From a virus, in the IMG/VR virus record IMGVR_UViG_3300035698_035374: a stretch of DNA of 53,194 bases. One strand, written 5' to 3'. The notes under the pieces were generated by a model. The model saw nothing but the letters and a program-made list of their open reading frames with translations, made no database searches and was not told the origin of the DNA. The translations under genes were made by a program, and so were the position numbers. Shown here piece by piece: positions 35,280 through 43,365 of the stretch (position 1 is its first letter; the number at the start of each line of letters is the position of its first letter).

Positions 35280-36209
35280 TTGAAGTATTTAATTTTATTG
35301 TTTTCTATTTTTCTGTTGATAGTAATATCAGGATGTGAAGGGACCACCACCAGTACTGTTGCAAAATCTATATATAATGGAAGACCTGCCACAGATAATG
35401 AATTCTATTCTACTGTAGCTGTATCGTCAGCTTGGTCAACTTCAATCTATAACCGCTGTACAGGAACTGTAATAGCACCTCGTGTTGTACTTACAGCAGC
35501 CCATTGTGTACTTACTAATAACTATAAAACTTTATTGTTACCAAGGCAGATGAGGGTAGTAGAAAAAACATTAGACTTGAATGAAGTTGAGGCCCAAAAC
35601 ATATTTGAAATTGAAAGAATTGTTATCTATGAAGATTTTCCTATGGCCGTTAACATTCAAGAAGACCTTGTAATAGGTGAAAGGGGTGACATTGCTCTTG
35701 TTATAACCAAAGAGCCATTAAAAACTCCACCAACGCCTATATGCCCTCGGTCTTCGTTTGATAAGTTAGTACGGGTTGGAACTAAATTAACTCTTTCGGG
35801 ATACGGAGAAACGGAAACAGGTGTTAAGGGTGTTCTTTATATAGGAACGTCAACGTTTTGGTTTCGTACTAGCCATGAAATGATGGTAGGTGATATAGGT
35901 GTAGCTACTGCTTGTTATGGTGATTCTGGTGGGCCCGCATACGCTACTGACTTGAATGGTTATAGGTACGTAGTTGGTATTACGTCAAGATCAAATGGGT
36001 TACCTTGTGGTTATGGGGATATCTATACCCTGGCTCCAGCTTATGAAGGTTGGGTTACGGAAAGTTCCAGTGGTCTCTATCCTCCAGAAGGTTACACGGT
36101 AACTGCACCAGCTACTAAAAACTGCAGTACTTCTGAGTCAACAAGTGGATTAGGTATGCTTATGCTTTTAGGTATACTATTAATGATAAAAAGACGTCGT
36201 AAGGCGTAG
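35280..36209 (+). CDS. trypsin-like serine protease lipoprotein
   Basis: VISGC lipobox; TAAHC; GDIALV; GDSGGPAY; C-terminal TM plus RRRKA. Confidence 0.92.
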   Translation: MKYLILLFSIFLLIVISGCEGTTTSTVAKSIYNGRPATDNEFYSTVAVSSAWSTSIYNRCTGTVIAPRVVLTAAHCVLTNNYKTLLLPRQMRVVEKTLDLNEVEAQNIFEIERIVIYEDFPMAVNIQEDLVIGERGDIALVITKEPLKTPPTPICPRSSFDKLVRVGTKLTLSGYGETETGVKGVLYIGTSTFWFRTSHEMMVGDIGVATACYGDSGGPAYATDLNGYRYVVGITSRSNGLPCGYGDIYTLAPAYEGWVTESSSGLYPPEGYTVTAPATKNCSTSESTSGLGMLMLLGILLMIKRRRKA

Positions 36210-36286
36210 ATATAGGCCGTAGATGTGGGTTCGAAACCCTCGTGTACTTTATTGTACAGTAGTTTAACAGGAAAAACACCGGCCCT

Positions 36287-36368
36287 GGCGGAGTCGCATA
36301 GTGGCAATTGCTGTTGGCTGTAAACCAGCTGCCTTCGGGCTTCGTAGGTTCGAGTCCTACCTCCGCCA
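36287..36368 (+). tRNA. tRNA-Tyr(GTA), class II
   Basis: acceptor GGCGGAG/CTCCGCC, anticodon arm GTTGG-CTGTAAA-CCAGC, long variable arm TGCCTTCGGGC. Confidence 0.95.
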
Positions 36369-36472
36369 TACCACCCCGAACGCTTCGGCTATCGGGAGCG
36401 AGGTTCAAAGAACCTTTGCAAGTATTAAGCTCGTGGACGCACGGGCACAAGTTTAATAGGAGACTAAGTAGT

Positions 36473-36664
36473 ATGAAAGTAATGCTTGTAAAAGAACATC
36501 CTGAATCTGGACATGTTGTAGTAACAGACAAGATGATTGATTTTCATGGGAAAGAAACGCCATTCTCTATATACATAGAAGAAGAGGCACACCTAAAGAT
36601 AATAGGTAAAGGTTTTATTAGCCCGAAAGATTTAGTTAAGGGTGATAAAATTGATTGTGTATAA
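36473..36664 (+). CDS. hypothetical protein (63 aa)
   Basis: start at MKVMLVKEH; longer ORF in the track overlaps the tRNA. Confidence 0.6.
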   Translation: MKVMLVKEHPESGHVVVTDKMIDFHGKETPFSIYIEEEAHLKIIGKGFISPKDLVKGDKIDCV

Positions 36665-37061
36665 ATAAAAGACAGGGGCTTAACGCCTTTGAGTTCGGGT
36701 CTGTCCTGGTTCAGAAACTAATCAGGTGGTGGAGGCGCTGGTAAATATACCAGCTCCCAAGTAGAACGATATTGTTTTAGTATGTATGTGTAAAGTCGGA
36801 AATCATTGGCTGGGCCTTATATGGACCATGACTTGTGAAATGGAGAACCGAAAAACATACGGAACACTCAATATTGAGAGATATCGGGTCGTGGTTTGTA
36901 GATTAACATACACTATGAATTGCTTGGTAAACCCAGGCAATCTACTCCTTCGGGAGAAACCCTTCTACAAGCACAAACTAATCTGGTATCTATTTTAAGT
37001 AAACCCTTAGGTATATACTAAGGCCTACTCATGACCACGGTCATGGGTACAAGGAGTAATC

Positions 37062-37328
37062 ATGTATGAATGTCCCAACAGAGCATCTAAACAAAACCAT
37101 GACACTTATGATGAGCATATGGTATGGTGGGATTGGCACTTCCGTAATTGTACATGTCAAATCATGGAACTATACCATTTCAAGAAGACAGACCAGGATG
37201 ACCATGTAAGAACTTATTGGGAAGCACGGGGCATGCAGAAGGTTAGATGGCATGAAGTATATGGCATGTTGTTAGAATACCCAAATAGTTTATATGACAT
37301 AATGAAAATAAACTACCCATATAGATAA
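37062..37328 (+). CDS. hypothetical protein
   Basis: AAGGAG upstream. Confidence 0.6.
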   Translation: MYECPNRASKQNHDTYDEHMVWWDWHFRNCTCQIMELYHFKKTDQDDHVRTYWEARGMQKVRWHEVYGMLLEYPNSLYDIMKINYPYR

Positions 37329-37330
37329 TT

Positions 37331-37630
37331 ATGGGATGGGCAAGTACATATATAGAGGCACTAAAAAATGGTGAAACCGTTTCATTCAGGCCGCGTGGTA
37401 ATTCCATGCTCCCATTAATAAAATCTGGGCAATTATGTACAGTAGCCCCAGTAGACTCTACATCCCTAGAAAAGGGAGACATTGTTTTATGTAGAGTACG
37501 TGGGAATGAATACTTACATATTGTAAAAGCAGTACAAGGAAACAGATATCAAATAGGAAATAATAGTGACCACACCAATGGTTGGGTTGGATCAAAACAA
37601 ATATTTGGTAAACTTATATCGGTGAGGTAG
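37331..37630 (+). CDS. S24/S26 peptidase-like (LexA/signal-peptidase fold) protein
   Basis: RPRGNSMLPLIKSGQLCTVAPV...LEKGDIVLCRVRG. Confidence 0.75.
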   Translation: MGWASTYIEALKNGETVSFRPRGNSMLPLIKSGQLCTVAPVDSTSLEKGDIVLCRVRGNEYLHIVKAVQGNRYQIGNNSDHTNGWVGSKQIFGKLISVR

Positions 37631-37694
37631 CTCAATTTGGAAGAGCGCGGCTTTCATACGGCCGTCGTTAGGGGTTCGAGTCCCCTTCTCACTA
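37621..37694 (+). tRNA. tRNA-Met or tRNA-Ile2 (CAT)
   Basis: acceptor GGTGAGG/TCTCACT, anticodon arm CGGCT-TTCATAC-GGCCG. Confidence 0.9.
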
Positions 37695-37797
37695 ACGCTT
37701 GACTGCAAGCATAGCCGGGTCGTATTCTTTAGGTTATCCTGTTAAGATACCCCCTAAAGACACAACTTTTATCCGGTGTTTTTCTATAGGAGAATAA

Positions 37798-38004
37798 ATG
37801 GAACCTTGTTCAATAGTGGCGGTATATCTATCTTGTATGTTGGTGCTGTTAGCACTATCAATACTATCAATAAAACTAAAGTGGTCTGATTTTTTTAAGA
37901 GGTTGTTTATAACCACTGCACTAATGGGGATGTTGGTATACCCGTTAGAAATTCATGACTATGCTGTTAAATGCTATAAAGGACCGTGCAAAGGAACTAC
38001 GTGA
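37798..38004 (+). CDS. small membrane protein
   Basis: two hydrophobic segments. Confidence 0.55.
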   Translation: MEPCSIVAVYLSCMLVLLALSILSIKLKWSDFFKRLFITTALMGMLVYPLEIHDYAVKCYKGPCKGTT

Positions 38005-38090
38005 GGCCCACAAGCTGCGCTTCAGTTGAAGCATTTAATGAAAGACTGGCTGAAAACAAGAGACGCAAGTGGCATAAAAAAATAGTATGG

Positions 38091-38167
38091 AGGCTTGTAC
38101 ACTAAATTGGAAGAGGGCGGGCCCTACTAGAGGTCGGCGTACGTTGGTTCGAATCCAACCAAGCTTC
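38091..38167 (+). tRNA. tRNA-like gene, apparent 8-nt loop CTACTAGA, isotype unassigned
   Basis: acceptor AGGCTTG/CAAGCTT, T-arm GTTGG-TTCGAAT-CCAAC, stem GGCC/GGTC. Confidence 0.75.
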
Positions 38168-38172
38168 CGCTC

Positions 38173-38244
38173 GCGGCTATGGTGTAATTGGTAACACGAA
38201 AGGCTTCCGATCTTTTGTCACGGGTTCGAGCCCCGTTAGCCGCT
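38173..38244 (+). tRNA. tRNA-Gly(TCC)
   Basis: acceptor GCGGCTA/TAGCCGC, anticodon arm AAAGG-CTTCCGA-TCTTT. Confidence 0.95.
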
Positions 38245-38261
38245 CTAACAACTAAAAGGGA

Positions 38262-38708
38262 ATGAACATGTACGAATTTTTTATTTTATGTGGTGTAGTA
38301 CTTGTATTATGTTTTACAGTCCTTGCTTTAATGTGTGTGTTTAGAAAACAATTGCGTGGAGGCAGGAAAACACGTGCTCTCAGGAAGACATTGCAGTGTG
38401 CTTTTAGTAACATAGTACCTGTAGAAGATGATAATATTATTTGTGTGGGCTATAGTAAATTAGGCTATTCACGTAGAGACGAAATTTATTGTCCAGTATG
38501 TGGTAGTAGCTGTAAAGGAAAGTACTACTCTCGTCTGGGTGAAGGCGAAAGAAGAACTTCAGCCTTGTGTTTAAACTGTAAGCACGAAGTAAGCCAATTT
38601 GTAGATCATATGTTGGTCGCCCATCGAGGAAAAAGGGTACCGGGTGTATGTGATGTTATTAAGGCAGTAGCTAACCCAAAGAGGCTACAGACAGACAAAG
38701 AAGAATAA
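38262..38708 (+). CDS. membrane-anchored zinc-ribbon protein
   Basis: N-terminal TM; CPVCGSSC...CLNCKH. Confidence 0.65.
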   Translation: MNMYEFFILCGVVLVLCFTVLALMCVFRKQLRGGRKTRALRKTLQCAFSNIVPVEDDNIICVGYSKLGYSRRDEIYCPVCGSSCKGKYYSRLGEGERRTSALCLNCKHEVSQFVDHMLVAHRGKRVPGVCDVIKAVANPKRLQTDKEE

Positions 38709-38722
38709 AGAAAGACAACACA

Positions 38723-39097
38723 GTGCAAGTACTTTGTGTAGAAAAGACTTTTTATAGTACGCTTATAACTTTTTGTCGTAGTGTTGAAAAGACACCTTCA
38801 AAAATATTAGATATGATGTTGATTAATATGGAAGCTGATTCATTACTTGTACTAAGGATGGTATATGGATACCATAAGGTTAATAAAAGATTTATAATGG
38901 CCCAGCCTGCTGCAAAAAGAGACAACCATGTCTTACTGGTAAGCGAAGGAGTACATGACATTCTCCATAAGATGTCCAAGATGGGTGATACAACACCCAA
39001 ACTAATACTAAAGGCATTGTTTGAAGCAAGGGACATAAACAAAGCAGGTTTTTTACTGGCTCTTTTAAGAAGTGGTTACGACCTCAGAAATTTATAA
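38723..39097 (+). CDS. hypothetical protein
   Basis: ORF with internal KTPSKILDMML / TTPKLILKALF similarity. Confidence 0.6.
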   Translation: MQVLCVEKTFYSTLITFCRSVEKTPSKILDMMLINMEADSLLVLRMVYGYHKVNKRFIMAQPAAKRDNHVLLVSEGVHDILHKMSKMGDTTPKLILKALFEARDINKAGFLLALLRSGYDLRNL

Positions 39098-39122
39098 TGG
39101 TTCACCATGAGGTTAGTTCGAT

Positions 39123-39305
39123 ATGAAATTTCCTAGACCTATTATGCTACCAGACGTAAAGATAATACAAGGGAAAGACCTACATTTAGTAAATGTATGC
39201 TTTAAATGTCATGCTACCTTATGTTCAATAAGTATGAGTAAAGGTACTATCTGTCATATATGTATAGAAACAGTTGAGAAAGAAAAGGAACTGTTGCGAC
39301 CGTAG
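39123..39305 (+). CDS. small zinc-finger protein
   Basis: CFKCHATLC...CHIC. Confidence 0.6.
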   Translation: MKFPRPIMLPDVKIIQGKDLHLVNVCFKCHATLCSISMSKGTICHICIETVEKEKELLRP

Positions 39306-39367
39306 CTCAATGGTAGAGCGTTGCGTTGCCAACGCGAAGGTTGGGGGTTCGAATCCCCTTGGTCGCT
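39296..39367 (+). tRNA. tRNA-Gly(GCC)
   Basis: acceptor GCGACCG/TGGTCGC, anticodon arm TTGCG-TTGCCAA-CGCGA. Confidence 0.95.
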
Positions 39368-39380
39368 TAAGAAAAGATAA

Positions 39381-39454
39381 CGGGGAGTAGCGCAGTCTGG
39401 TAGCGCGCTTGGTTTGGGGCCAAGATGTCGCAGGTTCGAATCCTGTCTCCCCGA
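39381..39454 (+). tRNA. tRNA-Pro(TGG), second copy
   Basis: acceptor CGGGGAG/CTCCCCG, anticodon arm CTTGG-TTTGGGG-CCAAG. Confidence 0.95.
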
Positions 39455-39455
39455 T

Positions 39456-39585
39456 ACAGACGTAGCTCAATGGTAGAGCGCCGTAAAACACCTTCTTCAC
39501 ACTTATGTTCGCCACAAGCGAGCCGAACGAAAAAGGTTAACGCATAATAAGCCGGTGGTTGCAGGTTCAATTCCTGTCGTCTGTA
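39456..39585 (+). tRNA. interrupted tRNA-like gene (130 nt), anticodon unassigned
   Basis: perfect acceptor ACAGACG/CGTCTGT, D-arm TAGCTCAATGGTAGAGC, T-arm GCAGG-TTCAATT-CCTGT with a roughly 55-nt excess in the anticodon-arm region. Confidence 0.75.
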
Positions 39586-39631
39586 TACCAATTATAGTTC
39601 GATATCTTTTATTAACAAAAGGAGACGTGCT

Positions 39632-40087
39632 ATGATGGAAACAAAGGTTGGTCTAGAAGCAGAATATTTACTCTTAGATAAGGAAGGAGAGGCTGTAGTA
39701 CCCCCACAGTATTTTGACAGGGATGATTTCCCACTACTGGGTGAGATTAGGGGTGAGCCAGGGCAAAATTCTACAGAAACTATCATAAACTTCATGAAGA
39801 AAAAAATGGAAGTAGATGATTCTGTTTCTAGTAAGTGTACCCTTGCAATGTTGAATATTAAGAGGGTCAGGTTGGCCACTTATAAAGAAGCAATGCGACA
39901 GGTTGGAACTGGCAAAGACAAGGGGCAGAGGGACGTACGGAATGTTTACGGTACGGATATCTCTGACTTCTCTGACCAAATTATAGGAGACAATAAAAGA
40001 ATACAGGGAATCAATACTTCCTGTGGTCTTCATATACATTTTTCCTGTAGGGACTATAAAGAAACAAGAGTAAGTGTACCACAGTAG
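39632..40087 (+). CDS. COOH-NH2 ligase-like protein, N-terminal part, ends at TAG
   Basis: VGLEAEYLLLDKEG...NTSCGLHIHFS; same frame continues at 40088. Confidence 0.75.
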   Translation: MMETKVGLEAEYLLLDKEGEAVVPPQYFDRDDFPLLGEIRGEPGQNSTETIINFMKKKMEVDDSVSSKCTLAMLNIKRVRLATYKEAMRQVGTGKDKGQRDVRNVYGTDISDFSDQIIGDNKRIQGINTSCGLHIHFSCRDYKETRVSVPQ

Positions 40088-40105
40088 GAACAGGTAACCT
40101 TACCC

Positions 40106-40450
40106 TTGACTGTTTTGCCTGGTACCTTAGGTACAGAAGGGTCCGTCTCTATTAATCTGTATAGGCACAAAGAGTATTCTTTGGAAGAGGTTATGGAGTG
40201 CAGTGCTTCACAACTAAATAGGCCTGCGGTAGAGTATATCGTAAAAGAAATGGACGAGGCTTTCTTTGAGAGGTTTGCTCCTTCCAAAGAAGAAAGAACC
40301 AAGTACAGACAACCAGGATTTTATGAATTAAAACCTTACGGGTTTGAGTATAGAAGCCTTCCGGCGAATGACGAAACCATGGCATCTCTACCTGAGATAG
40401 TTGAAAAAGCTTTTCATCTGTTATACTCACTTAATAAGTGGAATAGTTAG
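40106..40450 (+). CDS. COOH-NH2 ligase-like protein, C-terminal part (in frame after TAG)
   Basis: PYGFEYRSLPANDET resembles DYGVEYRSLSNFW of the ligase at 29960; no good independent RBS seen. Confidence 0.6.
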   Translation: MTVLPGTLGTEGSVSINLYRHKEYSLEEVMECSASQLNRPAVEYIVKEMDEAFFERFAPSKEERTKYRQPGFYELKPYGFEYRSLPANDETMASLPEIVEKAFHLLYSLNKWNS

Positions 40451-40465
40451 AATAAGGAGATAGAT

Positions 40466-40516
40466 ATGAAACGTTTCATGATTCCAAGAGTCGCTAACTG
40501 TTGCAACGGTAGTTGA
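40466..40516 (+). CDS. possible 16-aa leader peptide MKRFMIPRVANCCNGS
   Basis: AAGGAG 6 nt upstream of ATG; ends in TGA. Confidence 0.4.
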   Translation: MKRFMIPRVANCCNGS

Positions 40517-40597
40517 CTAAAGGGAGTAGCAATAGCTGCTCCCCTACAAGATATTTAACTTGCTCGTCTTAGACGAGCCGAACACAAGAGGTGTACT

Positions 40598-42247
40598 ATG
40601 TCCATAAAGACCTACAAAAACTTTTCTACTAAGAAGACCCCCCAAAACAAAAGAATCCCAGGTAATAAGGGAACTAATCAGGTGAAGAACAGCGCTGGTG
40701 GCTATACTTGGAAGCTTGACAAGTGGGGAAAATTAGATAGGTTCCTCATCCTTGGAACAGAGGGAGGTTCTTATTACATCGGTGAACAAAAGCTTACTGA
40801 AGATAGTGGCAAGAATGTCATCGATTGTCTAAACGATAATGGTCTTAAAACCGTTGCTCGTATTGTAGAGGTATCTAAAGGTGGTAATGCACCTAAGAAT
40901 GACCCAGCTATCTTTGCACTTGCCATGGCCGCAAAGCTCGGCAATGATGTAACCAGAGCAGCAGCGTTTGATGCACTACCTGAAGTATGTCGTATTGGTA
41001 CCCACCTATTTCACTTCGCTGGTTTTGCTGAACAGTTTGGTGGGTGGGGTAGAGCCCAGAGAAGGGCAGTTGCTGAATGGTATACCGATAAGACACCAGA
41101 GAACCTTGCTTATCAAGTAGTCAAGTACCAACAACGAGATGGCTGGTCTAACAGGGACCTTATGCGTCTTGCACACCCCAGTGCTCCTACTTCGCAGCAC
41201 CAAGCGTTGTTTAAATGGATAGTTAAGGGTGAGGGGTCTGACTTGGTACCTACGCTTGTACAGGCTTTTGAGGCCGCTAAGCATGTAGAGAACAAAGGAC
41301 AACTGATAAAATTAATCACAGACCACGGTCTTACAAGGGAGATGGTACCAACCAAATTCTTAAATGAATCGGAGGTCTGGGAGGCATTGCTACAACGTAT
41401 GCCTTTGACTGCATTGATTAGAAGTCTTGGTAAAATGACTCAAGTTGGGTTGCTAAAGCCTCTATCAAAGAATACCCGTTTAGTGGTTGAGAAACTAAAC
41501 AACCAAGAAGCCTTGAAAAGGGCTCGTGTACATCCAATTGGTATCTTAGCATCCATGCTTACTTATTGGTCTGGTCATGGATTCAAAGGTAAGTTGACTT
41601 GGGATGTAAACCAGAGAGTATTAGATGCTTTGGATAAGGCATTCTACAGTTCGTTCAAGATGATTGAGCCTACAGGTAAAAGAATCGTCTTGGCATTGGA
41701 TGTCTCTAGCTCTATGACTATGGGTACAATTGCTGGGGTACCAGGCTTGACACCACGTGTTGCAAGCGGTGCGTTGGCAATGGCTACTGCTCGTACAGAA
41801 AATGAGTGTGTCTTTGTGGGCTTCACGGCTCGTGGAGGTAGATATTCATACGGACGTAGGGGCTCTACTCATCAGATGAGTGGTGAAGGTATTACTCAGC
41901 TCGAAATCTCTCCTCGTCAGGGGTTGGATACGGTCTGTAAATACCTTAGTAGTTTTCAATTCGGTGCAACTGATTGTGCTCTACCGATGTTATGGGCACT
42001 TAAGAACGGAATCGATGCTGATGCGTTTGTTATCTATACAGATAATGAGACATGGGCAGGTGAGATTCATGCTTCTCAGGCGCTGCAGATGTATAGGGAC
42101 AAGACTGGCAACCAAGCTAAGCTTATCCCTGTAGGAATGGTAGCCAATGATTACACCGTGGGTGACCCAGAAGACGCTGGTACCTTGAATGTCGCTGGGT
42201 TTGATACTGGTGCACCTCAAGTCATCAGTAACTTTATCCGTGAATAG
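40598..42247 (+). CDS. rsr: TROVE/Ro60 (Rsr) RNA-binding protein with vWA domain
   Basis: LALAMAAKLGND...LPEVCRIGTHLFHFAGF...GWGRAQRRAVAEWY...; C-terminal MIDAS VLALDVSSSM. Confidence 0.92.
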   Translation: MSIKTYKNFSTKKTPQNKRIPGNKGTNQVKNSAGGYTWKLDKWGKLDRFLILGTEGGSYYIGEQKLTEDSGKNVIDCLNDNGLKTVARIVEVSKGGNAPKNDPAIFALAMAAKLGNDVTRAAAFDALPEVCRIGTHLFHFAGFAEQFGGWGRAQRRAVAEWYTDKTPENLAYQVVKYQQRDGWSNRDLMRLAHPSAPTSQHQALFKWIVKGEGSDLVPTLVQAFEAAKHVENKGQLIKLITDHGLTREMVPTKFLNESEVWEALLQRMPLTALIRSLGKMTQVGLLKPLSKNTRLVVEKLNNQEALKRARVHPIGILASMLTYWSGHGFKGKLTWDVNQRVLDALDKAFYSSFKMIEPTGKRIVLALDVSSSMTMGTIAGVPGLTPRVASGALAMATARTENECVFVGFTARGGRYSYGRRGSTHQMSGEGITQLEISPRQGLDTVCKYLSSFQFGATDCALPMLWALKNGIDADAFVIYTDNETWAGEIHASQALQMYRDKTGNQAKLIPVGMVANDYTVGDPEDAGTLNVAGFDTGAPQVISNFIRE

Positions 42248-42491
42248 TTTAATAGCAGTCAAAGATAGGTTTCTAGCGGGAGAATTACCCCGCGAAAAAT
42301 CCATTGGTATTAAATGTAGTTTGTGTGGTGAAAAAGGTAATAAAAACATCAAGATGTATATCATTTGTACAGACCATAAAAAAGATGAATGTTATAATAT
42401 TCCCCAAGGATTTGTTTGTGGGCAGTGTGCAAGTACTGCCAAGCAAGCCCTTGTTCTATGGAAGTAGAATGGAACTTTGTTTTAACACGTA

Positions 42492-42553
42492 GTGGGGGCA
42501 ACCGGTCAGCTAAAAACCAGCTACCGCAAGCGAGTTGACCGGTGAGCCCCCAC
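42492..42553 (+). ncRNA. candidate Y-RNA-like or leader hairpin
   Basis: GTGGGGGC/GCCCCCAC (8 bp), AA/TGA internal loop, CCGGTCAGCT/AGTTGACCGG (10 bp). Confidence 0.5.
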
Positions 42554-42568
42554 ACAAGGAGAATTATA

Positions 42569-42907
42569 TTGGGCTCTGGTAGAAACAGAAAACCGTATAA
42601 CTATAACATTAGTAAAAAAGGCATAGCAAGATGTCCTTATTGTAAAACCAAACGTTATCTGGTAGTACACTCAAGTAAAAACTATCCTGTATTAAAAGAC
42701 AAAATCTGTAGAGAAGATGGCACTATAGAATACATTTGGGATAGAAATTTCAGAAGTTTCTCTATTTATTGTAACTCTTTCCAATATGCACATAATAAAC
42801 CTGGCGATAAAGGCTGTACACGAAACATAACAAGGTATGCACGTAGTTTAAAAAAAGCAAGAGAACTTTGTGTACAAGACTGGAACGATCCTTATGGGGA
42901 TATATAA
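42569..42907 (+). CDS. zinc-finger hypothetical protein, TTG start
   Basis: AAGGAG 7-8 nt upstream of TTG; CPYCKTK. Confidence 0.55.
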   Translation: MGSGRNRKPYNYNISKKGIARCPYCKTKRYLVVHSSKNYPVLKDKICREDGTIEYIWDRNFRSFSIYCNSFQYAHNKPGDKGCTRNITRYARSLKKARELCVQDWNDPYGDI

Positions 42908-42917
42908 GGAGAATTGA

Positions 42918-43349
42918 ATGGAACTTTGTTACTACGACATAGATGAGGAAATTGCTGCTTTAAAAGTGTTCACGAACCTTAAGCATAAGTATGCTGAGAC
43001 TATTGAACAAGTGGAAGCAGCGCTAAAAGCTAGAAAGCTATTCAATAAGAAGGAAATGGAACGAGAAGAGCAACAGCTTCATTATATTGAACAAGAGCGT
43101 GAATGTATCTGGAGAGAAATATTGGTTATTGAGACCAAGATAAAAAGTCTACTCCAAGACCCAGAGTTAAAAGAATTAATACGTCTACAATCAGAGGTAT
43201 CTAGACTTGAAAAAGAAAATTCAAATCTTAGGGGACGTAATAACAACCTAAGCTGCCAGAAGTCCGCCGCTGAGAGAAGTGCCAGTACTGCACGTAGTAA
43301 TTTGCATAGAGAGCAACACAAAGATTGGCTTGATAAGTTACTGGCCTAA
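42918..43349 (+). CDS. coiled-coil hypothetical protein
   Basis: ORF. Confidence 0.7.
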   Translation: MELCYYDIDEEIAALKVFTNLKHKYAETIEQVEAALKARKLFNKKEMEREEQQLHYIEQERECIWREILVIETKIKSLLQDPELKELIRLQSEVSRLEKENSNLRGRNNNLSCQKSAAERSASTARSNLHREQHKDWLDKLLA

Positions 43350-43365
43350 AAGATAAAGGAACTAA

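Noticed and set aside
36308-36472. N-terminal extension of ORF 36308-36664
   Set aside because: Would start inside tRNA-Tyr; the likely start is ATG 36473.
38091-38167. Firm call of an amber suppressor tRNA
   Set aside because: U33 is not placed before CUA in a 7-nt register and TAG is used as a normal stop for many genes here (including Ro60), so kept only as a weak hypothesis.
40106-40450. Second ligase part as an independent gene with its own start
   Set aside because: No good RBS or ATG after the TAG; alternative starts only. Same-frame continuity favours a single ancestral gene.
42189-42467. Exact gene boundaries of the zinc-finger ORF after Ro60
   Set aside because: The listed start lies inside Ro60. 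A real gene probably starts near 42290 but no confident start codon or RBS was found, so not listed as a feature.
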